From: a virus
Taxonomy: Duplodnaviria; Heunggongvirae; Uroviricota; Caudoviricetes
Direction: 5' to 3' (one strand)
DNA length: 64,000 nt
Virus record (IMG/VR): IMGVR_UViG_3300033156_001223
Location: 41,842 to 105,841 of that record
Made by a program: the position numbers and the translations under genes. The notes beneath the pieces are model-generated. The model had not been told where the DNA came from. It did no database searches and was given only the letters and a program-made list of their open reading frames with translations. The number at the start of each line of letters is the position of its first letter. Position 1 is the first letter of the stretch. Positions 46,253-56,365 of this stretch are shown piece after piece.

Positions 46253-47263
46253 CTACACAAGATGATGCTTTTTTAGAGTCCTATGTATGTAGGCGAGAGA
46301 ATCAAAGCATTTGTTAAACCTGTCAACAGTTTCTTGAGCTCTATTATACACATTAACAAGACTTGGATAAGTATTATGATATAAAGTATACCCCTTTAAA
46401 TACTCCATTATTGGACCAATACAAGTCTTTGATTTAGTGGAAAAAATCTTTACCATACTTTCCGGGAAATCAGACCAAATATATAAATAGAAACGCCCCC
46501 CACCAATACTAGGACTAGGATTAAGGCTAAAACACTTTTCAAATCCATTCTCCTTTGCTTCTTGCTCCAGCATACTTTTAATACCTTTCACTTTCCTCTC
46601 ACTATCAGCACGAACTACGGCTATCAACGTATTATTTTCCTGCATGAAATCCCTATTAGCAAACTTTTCCTCAATATCAATAATAGAGCTACGAAGTTGC
46701 TCAAACTTCTGATGATTAAAGATTTCGAAACCCAATTCCCCAACAACATCTGGTAGGTTCTGTAAGGTAGTTAAGTTATTTATTACTAAATTCATTGAAT
46801 CATTAATTCTCATCAGGCTATCAGTAAGAGAAATACTAGATCCAGATGACTCAATAGCACGCCTGATTCGGTTCCTAATTGACAAACGAATTGACCGTTT
46901 TAACTTTTCTGGCTCTGGATAATATCTGGCTCTATAGCCGGGAAGCGGAGCGACAATAGAAGGATGTATGGCAATCGTAGCAACTGTACGTTGTGATGAA
47001 CGTGAAGAGCCAATTTGGCCAAATGAAACCATACTACCCTCACCATATCCTCTAGACGAATCAAACGTTGGTAGCATTCTTCGTATGCTGCCAAAGATTT
47101 CACCTGGAATAGAATCAGACGGTTCTTTAGAAACAAGGACTATAACTGACCCAGGTGGGTATGGATTATTTTGGTTCAACTGGACTATCAACTCTATCTT
47201 CTCTTCAATCACATCCTCAATATCTTCCACATGTGGTTGAAATCTCATCTTCACTACCTCCAT
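46253..47263 (-). CDS. hypothetical protein (336 aa)
   Basis: ORF. Confidence 0.45.
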   Translation of the reverse strand: MEVVKMRFQPHVEDIEDVIEEKIELIVQLNQNNPYPPGSVIVLVSKEPSDSIPGEIFGSIRRMLPTFDSSRGYGEGSMVSFGQIGSSRSSQRTVATIAIHPSIVAPLPGYRARYYPEPEKLKRSIRLSIRNRIRRAIESSGSSISLTDSLMRINDSMNLVINNLTTLQNLPDVVGELGFEIFNHQKFEQLRSSIIDIEEKFANRDFMQENNTLIAVVRADSERKVKGIKSMLEQEAKENGFEKCFSLNPSPSIGGGRFYLYIWSDFPESMVKIFSTKSKTCIGPIMEYLKGYTLYHNTYPSLVNVYNRAQETVDRFNKCFDSLAYIHRTLKKHHLV

Positions 47264-47442
47264 CGATCAGAAGCAATCTCTACAGGCAGAAACCCCAAAG
47301 ATTCATTTATCTTTTTACACGACGGACAGAGGCGGTTATATGGGCCATCAGAAATGAATTCCTTACCACATCTTAGGCATTCCCTTCTCTTCCTCCTACG
47401 AGACCCCTTCCTATTCTGATGGTACCCATGTTTGGCTGGCAT
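47254..47442 (-). CDS. small basic zinc-ribbon protein (62 aa)
   Basis: CLRCGK...CPSC. Confidence 0.4.
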   Translation of the reverse strand: MPAKHGYHQNRKGSRRRKRRECLRCGKEFISDGPYNRLCPSCKKINESLGFLPVEIASDRWR

Positions 47443-48359
47443 CCGTTTACCCTCCTTTCCTTTATTAACATAGATAGGTCGTTAACATCAGAATCTACAA
47501 CCTCCCAATGCTTCAGGTCAACAATGGTTGACCCCTTTTCTATCTCCCTTTCAAACCAATGAATTACTACCTTTTCTTCTCCCTTTACTAGCCCAGTGGC
47601 AGAGAAAATATAATTATTGACATGTGGTATATCTACATCTTTATGAGGTCCTCGTTCTTCATACCAGTAGAGACAGTTAAACCTAGTATTGGGAGACGGA
47701 AGAAAGAGAGCCGATTGTTTATCAGTAGCGACCTGTACAAAATTCGGGGGAGTATCTGATTCTGTATTATAATAATGTTGCAAACAGTCTAAAACTATGT
47801 CTTTAAAGCGGGCCATATCTAAGTTTACATTTTTTCTTAGTTCCACAACACTTCCTATATATTCCAATCGGCTGTATAGAAGCCCAAAATCATCATTATG
47901 ACTGCCTGCAATAGGTACATCTTCTTCTACTAACTCTGCTACATCCCAATGACCTATTTTAAATTCAGTAGGTATAAACTCACCCTGTATACTGTGTTGG
48001 TATGCTCTGCTCCCTTCCTGGTCAATGATACATAGAACAGAAAGATCTGAAAGATAGAATCCATACTTACATACTTTCAACCCACTTCTGATCGAAGTCA
48101 TAACTTTAAGAGTGTCTAACTTAGTTCTTCTTTCATCCAACACTCCGAGTGAGAGCTCGTTGGAAGTATCTTTAAGTAGAAAGAAGAAATGGGGAATATC
48201 AAGGTACTCATCCATAAGTGGAACCAACATCTCACTACACGCTTGCAAAATTTCTCTATCTGTCAAATCATAAACCTTTGTAGACATCATCTGCACATTG
48301 TAATTAGACGGGGCATTGATAACAAGTGCACCGTCACTACGTCTAGTAGTAGATACCAT
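47373..48359 (-). CDS. hypothetical protein (328 aa)
   Basis: ORF; no family assigned. Confidence 0.45.
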   Translation of the reverse strand: MVSTTRRSDGALVINAPSNYNVQMMSTKVYDLTDREILQACSEMLVPLMDEYLDIPHFFFLLKDTSNELSLGVLDERRTKLDTLKVMTSIRSGLKVCKYGFYLSDLSVLCIIDQEGSRAYQHSIQGEFIPTEFKIGHWDVAELVEEDVPIAGSHNDDFGLLYSRLEYIGSVVELRKNVNLDMARFKDIVLDCLQHYYNTESDTPPNFVQVATDKQSALFLPSPNTRFNCLYWYEERGPHKDVDIPHVNNYIFSATGLVKGEEKVVIHWFEREIEKGSTIVDLKHWEVVDSDVNDLSMLIKERRVNGCQPNMGTIRIGRGLVGGREGNA

Positions 48360-48370
48360 TGTGAACCTCC

Positions 48371-49018
48371 CTAAAATTCTATTCTGCAGCCTAACCCTAC
48401 ATTATAAGTGATATCAGAAAACTGGCTGGTTGGTGGGATTTGAAGAAAAGAGTTAAGACCAATGGAGACTCTAACCCTCTTACCGAAGCCCAAGAAATAA
48501 TAGTCAAACTGAGCATAGTACCCAGAGACTCCTATACCTACTGTAATTGATGGAGTTCCTATTCTGACGTACTCATTAACTTTCGGCTTTTTCTTCTTCA
48601 GTTCTTCAATACATTTGTCTAATTCTTTCTGGCAAGGATCATAAAATCCCGGTAATAAAGTCAATCTTCCTGGTACGTTATCGAATACATTCGGGTCGTA
48701 AAATTTCCATCTCCCTTTCTTGTCTACTACGGAATATTCATACTCATAATTTTCAAAGCAACTTTTACAATCAGCGGGGATTACTTCTACTACTTCCCCA
48801 CTCGGCTTTTTTAGCTTCTTTATCTCTTCAGTTGCCTCGTTCAACTTACTATTCAATTCTTTAATCTTCTCAGCTAATCTATCTCTACTCTCTTCTAAGG
48901 CAGCTACCTGCCTTCGATGTAAGACATTTTGGTAGTAATAATAAGCTAAGTTGGCACATAAATAGAGGAATAATACTACACCCGCCCAAGATAATACCTT
49001 TTTCACCGTGGTGCTCAT
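48371..49018 (-). CDS. membrane-anchored coiled-coil protein (215 aa)
   Basis: N-terminal TM helix VLSWAGVVLFLYLCANLAYYY followed by a coiled coil. Confidence 0.45.
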   Translation of the reverse strand: MSTTVKKVLSWAGVVLFLYLCANLAYYYYQNVLHRRQVAALEESRDRLAEKIKELNSKLNEATEEIKKLKKPSGEVVEVIPADCKSCFENYEYEYSVVDKKGRWKFYDPNVFDNVPGRLTLLPGFYDPCQKELDKCIEELKKKKPKVNEYVRIGTPSITVGIGVSGYYAQFDYYFLGFGKRVRVSIGLNSFLQIPPTSQFSDITYNVGLGCRIEF

Positions 49019-49677
49019 TTGACTAACTTCCTAATCTCTCGCCTGATCTCCTCCTCACTTTTATTAGCTAATCTCTCGATAGTCTCTTGTGGGACTTTTA
49101 TGAATTTTAGATATTCCAAAAGAGATTGCTTATTAAGCGTCTCAAGACTCTGTAAAACATCAGTCAACGAAGCGGGTCTAAGTTTATCAATCTTCTCCTC
49201 TAGCTGCTGGAGAGAGTTCATAATAGCACTAAAATAATCCATCATTCCACTTATTACTAATCTAGCTAAAGTCTCAATTCCAGCATCCCCAGTAGCCAAA
49301 GTTTGATAAATCTCGTCCATTAACTCCTTTTCATCTTCAGAAATTTCTTCTTCTTCCTTGACCGGGGGCTCTTCAGCCTCTTTTGCATCCTCTTCAATAG
49401 TCTCTTCCTCTTGATGCTCTTGCTCTTCCTGTGGTTTTGCTGGTGGCCTTACTCGCGGTTTAGGAGCTCGATATCTTTTCTCTTTTTTCGGTATCAATCT
49501 CAAAGCTTCCTCTCTGGCCTCTTCATAGCTCTTCCCTTCATTGAGCTTTTGCAAAATATACTCGAGTTGAGCGGTACCAAGAGTTGTGCTTTCATTTCTT
49601 GGCAGCCGAGTTACTCCCAGCTTTTCTTTTAGTTCTCTTACCAAGTCCCAACGTTTCTTAGTAGACGGTGCTTTCAT
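49015..49677 (-). CDS. acidic hypothetical protein (220 aa)
   Basis: ORF with ATGA overlap to its neighbour. Confidence 0.45.
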   Translation of the reverse strand: MKAPSTKKRWDLVRELKEKLGVTRLPRNESTTLGTAQLEYILQKLNEGKSYEEAREEALRLIPKKEKRYRAPKPRVRPPAKPQEEQEHQEEETIEEDAKEAEEPPVKEEEEISEDEKELMDEIYQTLATGDAGIETLARLVISGMMDYFSAIMNSLQQLEEKIDKLRPASLTDVLQSLETLNKQSLLEYLKFIKVPQETIERLANKSEEEIRREIRKLVK

Positions 49678-50314
49678 GACTTACCTCCTCAAAATTAATT
49701 TTTATTTTGTAGATATCTCCTTCTTTCCTTTCCAAGTAACCTCTTGAAACTAACAGATCAATCAGGTTACTAATCACAACATTAGTAGTATTTAACCTCT
49801 CTGTCAAATAAGAAGTGGGCAACACAATAGTGTCTGTTTTATTCATAATGCTAATCGCCAAGCATTCGAGTAGAATCATTCTCTGGAATACTGTGAGACT
49901 TTTGAAATTGTTGGAGAACCAAAACTCCAGTGGTACGACTAACTCCCCAACAATCTTCTCTGGTTCTTTTGTTTTAGTGGGTTCTTGAACTGTTTCACTC
50001 CTTCCCTGCAGTAATTCTCTAGCTTTAGACCGGAGAGACTCTTCGCTTTCAGAGAATGCTTGGCTGAATCCAATTCCGGTAAGTTTTGATACTAGATAAG
50101 AAAGAGAATAGTGTGACATATTTGGGAGCAGCTCTATTAATTCATTTGGAAATTCTCTAGCAAGATTTGATAAATTTGATATCCAACAATTAATCATACA
50201 TACCGGATGACAGACTTCACAGTTTAAATCACAATCAGCTTGTAGTAAAAGCCTTGCTCGATATTTCTGGATGAACCGTCTCAGTAAATCCCTTGGTTCC
50301 ATCTTAAACTCCAT
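49658..50314 (-). CDS. hypothetical protein with C-terminal winged-helix-like segment (218 aa)
   Basis: ISNLIDLLVSRGYLERKEGDIYKI resembles a wHTH recognition helix plus wing. Confidence 0.4.
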   Translation of the reverse strand: MEFKMEPRDLLRRFIQKYRARLLLQADCDLNCEVCHPVCMINCWISNLSNLAREFPNELIELLPNMSHYSLSYLVSKLTGIGFSQAFSESEESLRSKARELLQGRSETVQEPTKTKEPEKIVGELVVPLEFWFSNNFKSLTVFQRMILLECLAISIMNKTDTIVLPTSYLTERLNTTNVVISNLIDLLVSRGYLERKEGDIYKIKINFEEVSHESTVY

Positions 50315-50323
50315 ATTTTTATA

Positions 50324-50743
50324 TCAATTTTTCTCGCAAATTTGCATCTCCTGAGGATAATAATAAATCTCAATATATTCTTGATTGGGAGTATGAATTT
50401 TGTCTACTACTATTCGGATATTATACTTGTCATCAATTCCCAAAACCTCAGCTACCACATCTTCAGTTAATTTTATGTAGTTACTAGTATCTCGTCTGAT
50501 CAAATCACCCTTCTGAGATTTCCATTTAGAATAAAGACGGATTACAAGAACAAAAGTCTTTCCTTTATGTTCAGAAACGAACTTACTGATGTCCTCAAGA
50601 TAAGTAGTAGACAAATAACCTATACTCTGACTTTTGAATGTACGACTTTCTCGGGAAAGTATCTTCCTCCCTTTCACCGAAACATAAGCTCGGTTGAGTG
50701 GAGGCGGAAAATATGGCAGAATCATGTGCAGTTTATCTGTCAT
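50324..50743 (-). CDS. rusA: RusA-family Holliday junction resolvase
   Basis: ILPYFPPPLNRAYVSVKGR matches RusA LPWPPSNNRYY...GR; RRDTSNYIKLTEDVV matches RRDLDNLQKAAFDAL. Confidence 0.6.
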   Translation of the reverse strand: MTDKLHMILPYFPPPLNRAYVSVKGRKILSRESRTFKSQSIGYLSTTYLEDISKFVSEHKGKTFVLVIRLYSKWKSQKGDLIRRDTSNYIKLTEDVVAEVLGIDDKYNIRIVVDKIHTPNQEYIEIYYYPQEMQICEKN

Positions 50744-51231
50744 TCCACTACTCCATATTTTTCCTTATCAAAAACCAAACTCCTTCTAGAAAGCTCTCTA
50801 GATACGAGTCTCCACAAGGAATTATATCTTTTTGCCAATGCCTCGAGGGCTTCTACCTTAGATAGGAAGGACTGTAATCGTAAATTTACTGTTATATAGG
50901 ATTCATGAGCACAGATGTGATCCTTTTTGATTCCTTCCTTTAATAGTTGAGCTTTGACATAGTCAAGAGCTTCTTTAGCCCCTCTTACTTTGCTTCGCTC
51001 AATTGCCAAGGCCTCCTCCAAAAAATTTGACCATTTTACTACTACGGCAGCATAATTACCTAATTCCACATCACTTAATTCAACGACATTTACTGCTGGA
51101 AATTTCTCTTCAGGAATTTTCCCAAAATCTGTATGACCGAGCCTTTCTTTGACAAATTCCTTCATCTTTTCCTTTGGCTCGTCTACATATGCCTGGAGCG
51201 CTCTTTCATGCAGCTCCATCATTTTCCCCAC
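50740..51231 (-). CDS. hypothetical protein (163 aa)
   Basis: ORF. Confidence 0.4.
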   Translation of the reverse strand: MGKMMELHERALQAYVDEPKEKMKEFVKERLGHTDFGKIPEEKFPAVNVVELSDVELGNYAAVVVKWSNFLEEALAIERSKVRGAKEALDYVKAQLLKEGIKKDHICAHESYITVNLRLQSFLSKVEALEALAKRYNSLWRLVSRELSRRSLVFDKEKYGVVE

Positions 51232-51254
51232 ATTTATTGTATATAATCTTCATT

Positions 51255-52094
51255 TCACTCCTCCTTTCTACATCTCTCTACATATGGACAATATTTTTCA
51301 CATCCACCAGACCATGAATAGGCACCTGGATTAGGATAGAACAAGTCGGGATTCTTTTTAGCCTCTTGAATAAATTTAGTAACTTTTCGAGTATGTTCAG
51401 CAAATGCCTTAATATCACGGCTAGTCTTAATTAGCTCAATAACCTTAACTTTGGGATCGATTGTATCGGGTATCACATTATCAACATAAAGCTTTACTCT
51501 TCTTCCAGAAAAATTTTGTAGAGATTCCTTTGGTGGAGCGAGTTCTCCCCCTTTAATTAATTTCACTAAAGCAAAAGCATATGCATTCATTTGTAAATTA
51601 GTATATGCATCTGCGGAGTAGACCATTCGGTCTCTTACTTTCAAATCACGTAGAACGATTACTTTATCTACCACATCAAATCTTCCTTTAACCCTTACAG
51701 GTAACTTCTTCATATCCACTTCAAAATCATGCTCCACCCAAAGTGGGTCTACAAATCTAGCAACATCATCTATATATCGATCAATCGCAGCGATTCCGGC
51801 TTTAATTTCTCTATCAAAATTGGTCTTGCTCCAATCAGATTTATCCTTACCAGCCTCCATAGAAGCTACAAATTTATCAACCACATCATTCCTTTTTGGA
51901 TCTCTTCTCTTTTGTAGCTTTGTATTGTAATAAAGTTCGAAGGCTTCGTGGAAAGCCAGCCCTCTAATCATCAAATAAGAATATGGAGTAGGTATTTTTA
52001 AGATATAACGATAATAATATTGTCGAGGGCAGCGATAGAAAGTTAGTAACTCAGAGGGTCGAATAATAAAAACTTCGTTAGTCTGATTCTTCAT
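51255..52094 (-). CDS. PD-(D/E)XK nuclease of the Cas4/RecB-exonuclease type with C-terminal Cys cluster
   Basis: N-terminal FYRCPRQYYYRY; C-terminal CEKYCPYVERC (Fe-S cluster-like). Confidence 0.6.
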   Translation of the reverse strand: MKNQTNEVFIIRPSELLTFYRCPRQYYYRYILKIPTPYSYLMIRGLAFHEAFELYYNTKLQKRRDPKRNDVVDKFVASMEAGKDKSDWSKTNFDREIKAGIAAIDRYIDDVARFVDPLWVEHDFEVDMKKLPVRVKGRFDVVDKVIVLRDLKVRDRMVYSADAYTNLQMNAYAFALVKLIKGGELAPPKESLQNFSGRRVKLYVDNVIPDTIDPKVKVIELIKTSRDIKAFAEHTRKVTKFIQEAKKNPDLFYPNPGAYSWSGGCEKYCPYVERCRKEE

Positions 52095-53154
52095 TATTCT
52101 GTTCTCCTGTTTCGGTCTGACTTATGTAAGCATAAATTGCCCTTTCTACTTCACTATGAAGTTTTTCGTCATGGTATAAAGCATCTAATAGCTCACGCTC
52201 TCCGTGGAACTTCTTTCCCATAACACTAAAATAGGAGCCACTACGAGTTATTATGCCCATTATTACTCCATAAATTCTCATCTCCATAATTCGATCTATT
52301 CCATGCTCCACTCTTGGAACTCGCTCAAAATAAAGATCAAATGCACCTTTATATCCTTCTAGCATTCCAGCTTTACCCTTTATTACTTCAAAATTGACCG
52401 TCTTCCCTAAGACCTTCTCCTTAGCCTCATCATAGATATAATGTCCAGAGTTAAACATTACTGATCCGATTTTAGCATGGCGAAGAGGAAAGCCTACTGG
52501 CAAAACATATTCAGACCTACCGGCAAAACTCTCCTGCATTTTCACTCTAACTTGATTAGTAACCAAGAGAGTAGTTAAATTTTCTCCTTCAGATGTATAA
52601 CCGAGTTCTCCATATATAACATTGCGAATAAACCTACTCACCACTCTTACCAAATCTCCTACCGGGATCCCTTTACCCAAATTAGCACTAAGACTACTCT
52701 TAGTAGGAAAGCCTGCAATACTATCAATTATAATCAAAGAATAGTCCTTAGACTTTACAAATTCCGCTACTGCATCTAAGGCATTCTCAGCACAAGGAAA
52801 TCTGGAAAAATCAACCTTCGAAATATCCAAACCTAGCCACTCAGCCCAACTACTTTCTGGCTCCTGTTCCGAACAAACAAACATTACTCTTCCTAATTTC
52901 TGGGCTTCTGCTGCTAATTTAATAGCCATGGTAGTTTTACCAGACCTATCTGGTCCACAATACTCCATTAGAGTGCCTCTCGGCACCCCACCACCTAAAG
53001 CATAATCCAGAGCAATGGATCCGGTTCTGATTCTTTTGGAATATCTTAGTTGTAGCTTGTCTAGATCTACTATGATTCCCTTCTTAGCTTTGACTACCTT
53101 TTGAATTTCTTGTTTTGCCATCATCTCCCTCCACAAAAAACCATGGGTCCTCAA
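52078..53154 (-). CDS. RecA-family recombinase
   Basis: LDYALGGGVPRGTLMEYCGPDRSGKTT (RecA Walker A region); LLVTNQVRVKM and C-terminal blocks collinear with RecA. Confidence 0.75.
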   Translation of the reverse strand: MRTHGFLWREMMAKQEIQKVVKAKKGIIVDLDKLQLRYSKRIRTGSIALDYALGGGVPRGTLMEYCGPDRSGKTTMAIKLAAEAQKLGRVMFVCSEQEPESSWAEWLGLDISKVDFSRFPCAENALDAVAEFVKSKDYSLIIIDSIAGFPTKSSLSANLGKGIPVGDLVRVVSRFIRNVIYGELGYTSEGENLTTLLVTNQVRVKMQESFAGRSEYVLPVGFPLRHAKIGSVMFNSGHYIYDEAKEKVLGKTVNFEVIKGKAGMLEGYKGAFDLYFERVPRVEHGIDRIMEMRIYGVIMGIITRSGSYFSVMGKKFHGERELLDALYHDEKLHSEVERAIYAYISQTETGEQNNEESD

Positions 53155-53288
53155 TAAACTGAAAAATCCATTCCTCTAAGTCTGGATCTGTAATAGGAAT
53201 CACCGATTGCCATTGATCCAATTGATCTGCGAGTAATTTGATCAAATCTTCCGGAATTCTAATCAGACTCATCTTGTTTCCTCCTCAC

Positions 53289-53597
53289 CTAGTCTTCACT
53301 AGATACTACTCTAGCACAAAAATCAAGAACATCAAGAAAAATTTCTCTGACCACCTTATCAGTGAGTTTCTTTCCTTTATATTTCTTTGTTATCTTCTTA
53401 ACTCCCTCTTCTACTTTTTCCATCCCTTTTTCGGATAATCTCCATCCATCATCACTAACTAAAAGCTCCGGATGCTTTAAACAATATCCACATACCTGAT
53501 AAGTAGGAAGGTCATGCTTTCCATCAGTAAACAACTTAACAGTATATTTAGCCTTATGTTTTCCACAAATATTACACTTATCCATTAGTCCCCCCAA
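53289..53597 (-). CDS. zinc-ribbon protein (102 aa)
   Basis: CNICGK...CGYC. Confidence 0.4.
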   Translation of the reverse strand: MGGLMDKCNICGKHKAKYTVKLFTDGKHDLPTYQVCGYCLKHPELLVSDDGWRLSEKGMEKVEEGVKKITKKYKGKKLTDKVVREIFLDVLDFCARVVSSED

Positions 53598-55399
53598 GTA
53601 TCAACAATTTTTGATTCCACATCAAGAGGAACACTGAGGCTGATATTAAAGATAGATAAAGGATTGGCCATTGTTTTTCTTACTATTGCCTCTATAAGTT
53701 CGGCGGATTCTTCCGGTGCTTCCAATACCAACTCATCATGAATTTGTAAAAGTAATCTAGCCCCCAATTCCTTTAATTTTGGATTATTTTCAATCTGAAT
53801 CATGGCTCCACGTAAGATATCTGCTACTCCGGCTTGAGGCCCAGTATTGAGAGCTTGTCTTGCTCCTTCCGCTAAGTCAGACTTCAGAGCCTTGATATGT
53901 CTAGGTCTACCTAAAATACTGCGGAGATGGGGAGGATCATGATTGAGTGCTTCATACTTAATATGGTAATAGTAATAAGAAAATCTCGGGTATAAAGTAA
54001 AATATGAATCGACAAATTCTTTTATCTGCTTGATCGTATAATTATACCCAACCTCTGCTAGCTGAGAGGCAATTGTCTCAGCTGAAGAACCATAATGAAG
54101 CCCCAGTACTAATGCTTTAATAACACTTCTTTGTTCATCAGTTAAATTTCTAATTCCAAATATCCTTTTAGCAGTGAGAGTATAAAAATCTCCACTCTTA
54201 CAAGCTTCTATCATATTAGTATCTCCGCAAAGATGTGCCATTACTCTAATTTCAGCCTGTGAATAATCACAGACAATTAATTTATATCCTGGAGATGCGA
54301 CAAAAGCTTTTCTGATCCCTACTTTATCATGTCTTTTGGGAATGTTCATGACATTAGGTTTTGAGCTAGAGATTCTACCAGTTTCAGTTCCGTGTAAATC
54401 AAAAGTGCTGTATAATCTCTTACCATCATACAATTGTATCTTCTCTAAAATGGGATCAACAAAGGAATTGAGTAGTTTTTGGTAGGCGCGATACTCAAGG
54501 ATGGGGGCTACATACTCTTGGAATTTTGGGTGGGTAGATAATTTTTGAAGGGCTTTAGAACTGGTGGAAGGTGCTCTGGTTTTAGAAGTTCTTTGAGTAA
54601 CCGGAAGACCAGCTGATTTAAAGAGAAAATCTGCTACTTGTTGGCTAGAGTTCAAATTAATCGGCTTACCAGCTAGTCTAGATACAGTGGTGATGCAGTT
54701 ACTAACAATGCTTTCTATCTCTTTCTTGATCTCTTGGAGTTTTTCAGTATCAATCCTGATTCCTCTCCTTTCCATCTGATACAAGCACATCAAAAATAAT
54801 TGCTCTACTTCTCGATAATAATCAAATAAACTTTTACCGTCTCTCCAAGGAATTGACTCCAATCTCTCTTTGAGAGCTAAAAATAAAAGATAAGTAACAT
54901 AGGCATCAAAAGTAGCATATTCGACTGTTAAATCCATATCTTCTAAAAAATCTGAGTCTTTAAAGACTTCTGAGAAACTTTTATTTTTGTAAATTTTTAG
55001 GTGGAGTTTACTTAAGTGTTTCAAACTATAATCTTTATTCTCAGTATCCAACAGCCACGCCATTACAATAGTATCATAAATTTCTCCGGCTACTTTTACC
55101 CCAAGATTCTCAAAACAATGCATATCATACTTAGCATTATGAAAAATCTTGGCTATTTTTGGATTAGACAAGAGAAAATCACATTCAAATACCAACTCTA
55201 AAGGCAAAAAGGCCCTAAATTTATCAGTAGCGACGGACCAACAGACAATTTTGTCCAACAACGCTGAATAGCCTGATTTTATTGAAGCTCCGTTCGTCTC
55301 CGTATCAATAGCAACCAAACTTACTCCTTCTATTAGTCTCCTTAAATCATCCGGATGATTAATAATTATTGGATCTGGAATATCGTACACGACAAACAT
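53585..55399 (-). CDS. family A DNA polymerase with N-terminal 3'-5' exonuclease domain (T7/Pol I-like)
   Basis: Exo I motif DTETNG; pol motif A DYSQAEIRVMAHL; motif C HDELVLEAP. Confidence 0.85.
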   Translation of the reverse strand: MFVVYDIPDPIIINHPDDLRRLIEGVSLVAIDTETNGASIKSGYSALLDKIVCWSVATDKFRAFLPLELVFECDFLLSNPKIAKIFHNAKYDMHCFENLGVKVAGEIYDTIVMAWLLDTENKDYSLKHLSKLHLKIYKNKSFSEVFKDSDFLEDMDLTVEYATFDAYVTYLLFLALKERLESIPWRDGKSLFDYYREVEQLFLMCLYQMERRGIRIDTEKLQEIKKEIESIVSNCITTVSRLAGKPINLNSSQQVADFLFKSAGLPVTQRTSKTRAPSTSSKALQKLSTHPKFQEYVAPILEYRAYQKLLNSFVDPILEKIQLYDGKRLYSTFDLHGTETGRISSSKPNVMNIPKRHDKVGIRKAFVASPGYKLIVCDYSQAEIRVMAHLCGDTNMIEACKSGDFYTLTAKRIFGIRNLTDEQRSVIKALVLGLHYGSSAETIASQLAEVGYNYTIKQIKEFVDSYFTLYPRFSYYYYHIKYEALNHDPPHLRSILGRPRHIKALKSDLAEGARQALNTGPQAGVADILRGAMIQIENNPKLKELGARLLLQIHDELVLEAPEESAELIEAIVRKTMANPLSIFNISLSVPLDVESKIVDTWGD

Positions 55400-55413
55400 A
55401 CTAGTCCTCCCTT

Positions 55414-55698
55414 TTATGCTCCTTTCAAAGTCCCTACTACCACTACTTTGTCTCCGGGAGTTACTTTACTGGAGAGCTTTGCTTCCTTACCATTAATTTG
55501 CACTTTTGTCTCTCTAGAATTGAATTCCGACTCAGAGTAGCCATGCTCAACTAACACCTCTTTTACTGTTTTTCCTCCCTTGTAATCAGTAAGAACAATT
55601 GGGTCTCCCCCAGGGAAGACTCCGATCGTGGTAGTTTCAGTGTACTCCTGAGTCGGATCTACAGACTTTGGAAATCCTTTGGGATCAACTTTGCTCAT
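55414..55698 (-). CDS. ubiquitin-like beta-grasp protein (ThiS/MoaD-like)
   Basis: 94 aa; ...KVQINGKEAKLSSKVTPGDKVVVVGTLKGA; C-terminus is Gly-Ala, not Gly-Gly. Confidence 0.5.
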   Translation of the reverse strand: MSKVDPKGFPKSVDPTQEYTETTTIGVFPGGDPIVLTDYKGGKTVKEVLVEHGYSESEFNSRETKVQINGKEAKLSSKVTPGDKVVVVGTLKGA

Positions 55699-56365
55699 TT
55701 GATTCCTCCTCCTTGAACACTTGTAAATTTAATGGGAAGCTACTCGCCACAATATAGTGAGGCACCGTCTTACCCTTCAAATAAGCGACAACACAATTAA
55801 CCATAGCATTAGCAATTAATACTGTATTGTTAACAATAGCTCTTTCATTGCATGGACTTTCTTCAGCATTTTCATCACTATCAAACGAAATCGAGTAATT
55901 CTCAATAATCGAATTCCGTGTGGTATCTACCCCATATACAACTCCATAGCTAATCGACATACGCCCGTCAACCCACAGCCTGACTTTATCTTTATTTTCT
56001 TCCCACAATTTTCTTCTAAGGTCAAGAGAATCAACTGCACAAACCACTATATCATCTAATTCTACCTCTTCTTTGAGCAAGTCAACATCATGGGTAACTA
56101 CATTACACCAATCTCCCATCGTTCTTTCAATCAATTCCTTCAGAGCTTCCACTTTTTTCTTACCTATTTCTCCTCTTCCATAAATCTGGTTCGGGACATT
56201 GTGGTCTTCAATCGTGTCGTGATCATATAAGTGAATGTTTCTAATCCCCAATTTTGCTAACTGGTATGCTACCCACGAACCCAGTGCTCCTACTCCGAGC
56301 ACATGTACTTTCCTTTCCCGAAATCTGTTTGGATCAAGAAAGGCAGCCTGTCTTAAGAAGTTCAT
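55685..56365 (-). CDS. E1-like adenylyltransferase (ThiF/MoeB family)
   Basis: VHVLGVGALGSWVAYQLAKLGIRNIHLYDHDTIEDHNVPNQIY (Rossmann/ATP motif); downstream DIVVCAVDSLDLRRKL. Confidence 0.7.
   Translation of the reverse strand: MNFLRQAAFLDPNRFRERKVHVLGVGALGSWVAYQLAKLGIRNIHLYDHDTIEDHNVPNQIYGRGEIGKKKVEALKELIERTMGDWCNVVTHDVDLLKEEVELDDIVVCAVDSLDLRRKLWEENKDKVRLWVDGRMSISYGVVYGVDTTRNSIIENYSISFDSDENAEESPCNERAIVNNTVLIANAMVNCVVAYLKGKTVPHYIVASSFPLNLQVFKEEESNEQS

Noticed and set aside
53084-53272. 62-aa ORF overlapping the RecA-like gene start
   Set aside because: It overlaps the 5' end of the well-supported recA-like ORF in another frame and has no independent signal.
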